Source: Eledone cirrhosa
Lineage: Eukaryota
Assembly: GCA_964016885.1 (NCBI GenBank)
Contig: OZ024754.1
Coordinates: 43,524,001 to 43,588,000, forward strand
DNA length: 64,000 nucleotides
Reading direction: 5' to 3'
Shown: positions 57,333 to 64,000 of the stretch, one piece after another
Numbering within the stretch: position 1 is the stretch's first letter
Layout of the letters: each line of letters begins with the position of its first letter
Program-made: the position numbers and the translations under genes
The notes under the pieces: model-generated
Told to the model about the DNA's origin: nothing
The model's input: the letters and a program-made list of their open reading frames with translations, nothing else
Database searches by the model: none

Positions 57333-57757
57333 CACCCTCACACACACACACACACACCCAGACAGATATATATATTTATATATGTGAGTTTGCTGACGTC
57401 ATACTAAATTAAGCAATATATAAAACAACATAAAAATAATATTGACATGATTGTGATTGTAATTGGAATCCACGAGGGAAAAAATATTTGTTTAATTATA
57501 GTTGAGGGATAAAATTAATTATTTCAATTACGCCTACTGTATAGGATTAAGTAGTTTATTGAAAAGTTTACTGAGTGCATATATGAATGATCTGCATCTA
57601 GAACTACATTTGTAAAGTCTCCTATACTTAGGATATCGTTTCTCTGGGTTGCTTTAACTTTCTTCAAATTGTTGTAGATTTAAAAAAGAAAACAACAAAG
57701 TTAGACAAAGTTAGAACGAGCGTGACCTTGGGCAAGTGTTTAAACCCACCAATACTA

Positions 57758-57792
57758 CTTTTGAAAAGCACAAGAATGTGAAACTGGTTAGG
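57758..57792 (+). ncRNA. Diverged U3-A8 hammerhead (family E)
   Basis: CUU-UUGAAAA-GCA CAAGAA UGU-GAAA CUGG UU-AGG, AATAAA, then family E tail to (TA)n. Confidence 0.6.
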
Positions 57793-57846
57793 AAATAAAT
57801 ATATATTCTTAAAAAGACTCCAATTGCATTTTTGATTTTTTTCACC

Positions 57847-57924
<78 letters not shown>

Positions 57925-58083
57925 TTAAAAAATATATGATCAACACTACTGTGTTTTTTTTGCAAAATGAAAATAATTTTTTAGCCAGATAGAAATACCT
58001 TAATTCAAGTACATATAGTCCGTCTGTATCGATCTAGAGAATATTAAATATTAAATCTATACTTACAGACGTAAAATGGCAAC

Positions 58084-58125
<42 letters not shown>

Positions 58126-58197
58126 GTGTGTGAGTGTGTCGGGACATGTGTTCATTAGAAATTTATACAGATTTTATAAGTTAAATATTGTTAAATA

Positions 58198-58279
<82 letters not shown>

Positions 58280-59040
58280 GCATACATATATACTTACATA
58301 CATACATACATACATTCATACATGCATCCATACATTCATACAAAAATACATACATATATACATACATTCATACACAAATATATGCATATATACATACATA
58401 TACATACATATACATACATATATCCACCACAGTGTATTCTACTCTTATTTCTGTTTCCTTTCACACTTACAATAATAATCTTTCACTGTAAGAAATGTAG
58501 TCTATAGTAGAGAGATATTTCCGTTGCAACCGGCGGCCATTGCTGTCGTCTGGTCAGATCGGCTGCTCAATTTCTCTGCTTAACTTAGTCGCAATTGATA
58601 AACTATATATCGCTCGCGCAGCCATTTACATAAATATACACGCTAGGGTTTGATCGAGTTTCCTTGTATTAGCATAGGTAGCATGCTTTGTTGCGCAGCT
58701 AGGCATCGTATCCGACATGCCGTCTTCCATTTCAGTATCACCTACATGTTCTTTTGGTTTATTTATTTGCTTACTTGTTCCTCTATTATATACGCATGTA
58801 TGTATGTATATATATATATATATATATGTATGTATCTATATATGTATGTTTGTATGTATGTATGTACTTATATATGTATGTATGTATGGATGGATGGATG
58901 GATGTATGAACGCATGTATGTATGTATATATATATATATGTATGTATCTATGTATGTATGTTTGTATGTATGTATGTACTTATATATGTGTGTATGTATG
59001 TTTGGATGGATGGATGTATGAACGCATGTATGTATATGTA

Positions 59041-59073
<33 letters not shown>

Positions 59074-59506
59074 GTATATATGTATGTGTGGATAGATGTA
59101 TGTATGAACGCATGTATATGTATGTATCTATGTATGTATGTATGTATGTATGTACGTACATATGCATGCATGTGTGTATGTGTATATATATGTATATTTG
59201 AATGAATATGCATATATGTGTACATGTGCGTACATGTGTGTAAGTATATATATGCATGTACGTATGTATATATATATGCGTGTGTGTATTTGATTGATTA
59301 TGAATATATGTGTATAAGTATATATATATATATGTGTGTATGTATGTGTGGAGGGGACATTATATATTCATCTATACGTATAACTATATGTAATTACATT
59401 TGGATTATTGCATGTGTGTTTATGTATGTATTGCATGTGTGTGTATGTATGTATTGCATGTGTGTGTATGTATGTATTGCATGTGTGTGTATTGTTATTT
59501 GTCTAT

Positions 59507-59600
<94 letters not shown>

Positions 59601-59686
59601 CTCTCTCTCTCATTATCCCCCCCTCTCTATATATATATATGTGCGTGTGTTTCTCTCTCCCCTCTCCTAGTCTTTCTCTCTGTATA

Positions 59687-59898
<212 letters not shown>

Positions 59899-59904
59899 TA
59901 TATA

Positions 59905-59972
<68 letters not shown>

Positions 59973-59995
59973 TATATATATATGTATATATATAC

Positions 59996-60026
<31 letters not shown>

Positions 60027-60032
60027 TATATA

Positions 60033-60086
<54 letters not shown>

Positions 60087-60113
60087 CATATATACATACC
60101 TATATCTGTCACC

Positions 60114-60167
<54 letters not shown>

Positions 60168-60228
60168 ATCTCACCCTCTCTCTCTATTTATATATATATA
60201 TCTATATCTGTCACCCTGTATATGTGTG

Positions 60229-60282
<54 letters not shown>

Positions 60283-60533
60283 TCCCTCTCTCTCTCTATG
60301 CTACTGACGACAACTGTATGCTCAGTAAGATAGTTGCAAGGTATCCCATATCTGGTTGTGTCATAAACTTGCAACTCACAAGTCTCGTTTCATCATGTAA
60401 CATGTCACAGAAAATATTGAAAATTTATCCATAACGACTTAATGTAAGGATATCTTTTACATAGTAAGACAGATATCCGGAAACACACATACATACATAC
60501 ACACACCTACACACATACACACACTACACGCAC

Positions 60534-60572
<39 letters not shown>

Positions 60573-62183
60573 TATACATATATACACATATATACACATA
60601 TACACACACATACACACATACACACACTACACGCACACAGTCTCTCTCTCTCTCTCTCTCTCACACACGTATACATATATACACATATATACACATATAC
60701 ACACACATACTCACACACATTCATACGCAATCATACTCACACATACACATACACTCACATACATAAACAACTTTCACATACTCACGCACACATTCACACG
60801 TACTCACACACACATTTAGACACACTCGCATACACACGCACATATACTCTCACACACACACACACACATACATACACTCACATACAAATACACTCACACA
60901 CACACATTCTCTCAAAAAATTAACACACACTCACTTTTCAAACACACACATGAGATTACCAACACATACACTCATAAGTTTACACACATCCACACAGTCA
61001 CATACACATGCTTGCTAATACCATCATAACAGCTACACACACATACAAACACTCACACACATACTCACGCACTGCTATCAAAAAATCACACATACACACA
61101 AACACACACACACAATGTCACAAACACACACACACGTTCACATACATCACCTACGCAGCCACACACAACTTCACAAACACACACACACGTTCACATACAT
61201 CACCTACGCACCCACACACTCACACACACACGTTCACATACATCACCTACATAACCACATACACACAGCCACACACATACACACAGCCACACACATACTA
61301 TCAGAAACACAAACAACTTCACAAACACATACACACACACAACTTCACACAAACACAAACACACACAACTTTACAACCACACACAACTTCACACAAACAC
61401 ACACAACTTTACAACCACACACAACTTCACACAAACACACACAACTTTACAACCAAACACAACTTCACACAAACACACCAACACACACAACTTTACAACC
61501 ACACACAACTTCACACAAACACACCAACAAACACAACTTCACACAAATACACCAACACACACACACTATCATATAGTTAACTACAGTAATACCGAGACAT
61601 TTAGCTATGTGATTGTACAACAAAACTGTACAAGACAGAGATATCCTTGTTTATTCAGAGTCCTATTGAAATATATCCATAAAACATGTACGGACAGATA
61701 TTTTATCTACGATCCGCCATTTTTCCTATTTATTTTTCATTCAGATACTTTCTTTTTAATACCTATATTTATTTTTCTTTCCTAATGCAATAGTAGGTTA
61801 TTTATGCGAGAGGTTTTTTTAAAACTGATTCCTATACACTACGATGTGAACATTTCATTAGTTTTTATCTTCCTCGGCCATTTTGTTTCCTTATTTTCAT
61901 GGGGTTTTGGGGCTTTTTGTTTTGTTTGTTGTTGGGTTGGTTGGGGTTTTTTTTTTTGTCTTTTCGTTTCCCTCTTGATCTATGTAAATATCATTACACG
62001 GAGATATTTGTATTCTTCTTGTACATATGAAATATGTATACCATTCCACCAGTCTGTCTGTCTTTGTCTCTGTACATACACATACAGACACACACACACA
62101 CATATATATATATATGTATATATATATATATTATCTATGTATATATATGTATATATATATATATATTATTTATGTATATATAC

Positions 62184-62375
62184 ATTTAATATAGAAAGGC
62201 TTCTACAGGACTAGAACTGTTTCATTCGTGAGAAATCATCGGCCTTCCTGATGATTTCTCCCGAATGGGATAGTTCTAGTCTTGTAGAAGCCTTTCTACA
62301 TTAAATATTTATACTCTGCTATGTATTGAGTACCTTACTTACTGTGGTTACCCCCGATTGAACCCGGGATAAACT
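62184..62375 (+). mobile_element. Family F fold-back element with two defective head-to-head HHRs
   Basis: Palindrome at 62184-62306. The plus arm has CUGAUGA but GAAA>GGGA; the minus arm has CCGAUGA with intact GAAA. The tail matches 28680 and 56985. Confidence 0.82.
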
Positions 62376-63154
62376 TATATATATATATATATTGCAAGTT
62401 AGATGTATGCGTGTGTATGCATGTCGGTTTGCATGTATGTATGTGTATATGTGTATGTATATATGTGTATGTATATATGTATGTGTGTATGTATATATAT
62501 ATATATGTATTTGTGTATGTATATATATATGTTTGTATATATGTATGTATATACGTATGTATATATGTATGTATGCTTGTATGTATATATGTATATATGT
62601 ATGCATGTGTATGTATATATGTTATGTCTGTAGGTATGTATGTATGTATGCATGTATGTATATATATAGAGATATATATGAATGTTTATGTGTATCTATG
62701 CATGTATATATGTATATAAGTATCTATGTATATGAATATATATATATGTATGTATGCATGTGTATATATGTATATATGTATGTGTATGTATACATGTATG
62801 CTTCTATATATGTATGTATATATGTATATGTGTGTATGTACGTATACAACAGTCCTTCCCATATAAAGCCATGTCCGTGTCTATGCCAGAAGCAGGATTC
62901 ATTAAATTTACCACCATATTTACAAGTGTCAAGTTAAAAAACAATCAATTAAAAAAAATGGTAGAATTTTGCCAGATTTTACACTTGATAACACCATCAA
63001 TATCCCGTTGGTGTCCATTCTTTGGTCAGTAGACCCCACAGAACTGCTCCCCAGGGGATCTACTCTAGAATATGACACGGCGTCAACTAACTGTGACTTC
63101 TCGTTGGAAACCATTCAATGAAATTAGTAAAGATACAAATTAAAACAACTAATA

Positions 63155-63490
63155 ATAATCGTTTCTATTTTTTGGCACAGAGCCAGCAATTACCCTCAGT
63201 GTATTACTGGTACTTTATTTTATCGACCCCCGTAAGGATGAAAGGCAAAGCTAACCTCGGCGAGATTTGAACTCAGAACGTAAAGGGTCGTAACTATATG
63301 CTGCAAAGCATGATGTCTGACGCTCCAACGATTACTGCTAAACATAATAATTGTTTCTACTTTTGGCACAAGGCCAGCAATTACCCAGTGCTAAACATAA
63401 TAATAATAATGGTTTCTGATTTAGGCACTAGGCCAGCAATTTTGGGGGAGGGGAAAGTTGATTAAATCAACCTCAGTGCATGACTGGTAA
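63155..63490 (-). mobile_element. Meta-type SINE plus two 3' fragments
   Basis: Near full copy at 63155-63340; tail pieces at 63345-63390 and 63408-63490. Confidence 0.85.
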
Positions 63491-63872
63491 GACAATTATA
63501 AAATAAATATGATGCCTTGTGGTCTCAATATGTAAACTAAACGACTAATTCTGGGTTTTTTGTTTTTTTTCAACGGAGACAACCTTAATAAATTACCGAT
63601 TTTCCGAGCCCCCTCTTATTCGACCTCAACCCCAACCCATTCCCCTATTATTGGGGACCCGAGAGTAGTTCGGGCCTCAGTTTTTAACAATTTAAAAATT
63701 TCGCATCTCATCTCAAAGACATTTTTTTTTCTTTTTATAAAAAAATAAAAAGCTAATTATAAGAGATTGTAATTGACATTGAGTTGTGTCATGTCAGAGG
63801 GATGTTTCTTGGTAGACTATTAAGGTCACTAGACTAGAACATATGTATGTGTGCGTGTGTGTGAGTGTGTGA

Positions 63873-63917
<45 letters not shown>

Positions 63918-64000
63918 GTATATATAGAGAGGGAGATAAACACATATACATAGAAATTAAGGGAGGAGGAGAAAGGTGTACACATAGATATATATAGAGA

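Noticed and set aside
60301-60350. CTGACGA followed by hairpin caactg/tagttg
   Set aside because: Followed by CAAG rather than GAAA, with no convincing stem I.
62244-62306. ADAR-type A-to-G signature in the right arm (GAAA>GGGA)
   Set aside because: Only 2 of 6 arm differences are A>G; the others are A>C, C>T (x2) and T>C, so there is no real bias.

Overview
Eukaryotic, AT-rich, microsatellite-saturated DNA, mostly intronic or intergenic. The repeat content (tRNA-derived CORE- and Meta-type SINEs, RTE/CR1 LINE ends, very long (TA)n/(CA)n/(GA)n tracts) resembles an octopus genome; that assignment is inference. There is a 200-N gap at 34771-34970. Nearly all long ORFs in the track are translated microsatellites. 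At most a few small exons of a minus-strand host gene are visible. The main signal: many of the short 'unique' islands between (TA)n tracts belong to about 12-14 families of small elements carrying type I hammerhead ribozyme (HHR) motifs. By manual folding I count about 21 motifs with an intact catalytic core, plus many degenerate or half motifs. Most are minimal HHRs with a palindromic stem III, and one family has a covarying U3-A8 core. The elements end 3' in (TA)n, often carry AATAAA after the cleavage site, and often fold back as head-to-head inverted duplications. Two families end in a codon-conserved ORF start (MTLPKYNNI...). This fits an unusually dense and diverse set of Penelope-like-element (PLE) pseudo-LTR or retrozyme-like insertions targeted to TA microsatellites, including nested and inter-family chimeric copies and a probable GIY-YIG relic. 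All folds and alignments were done by eye; boundaries are approximate.
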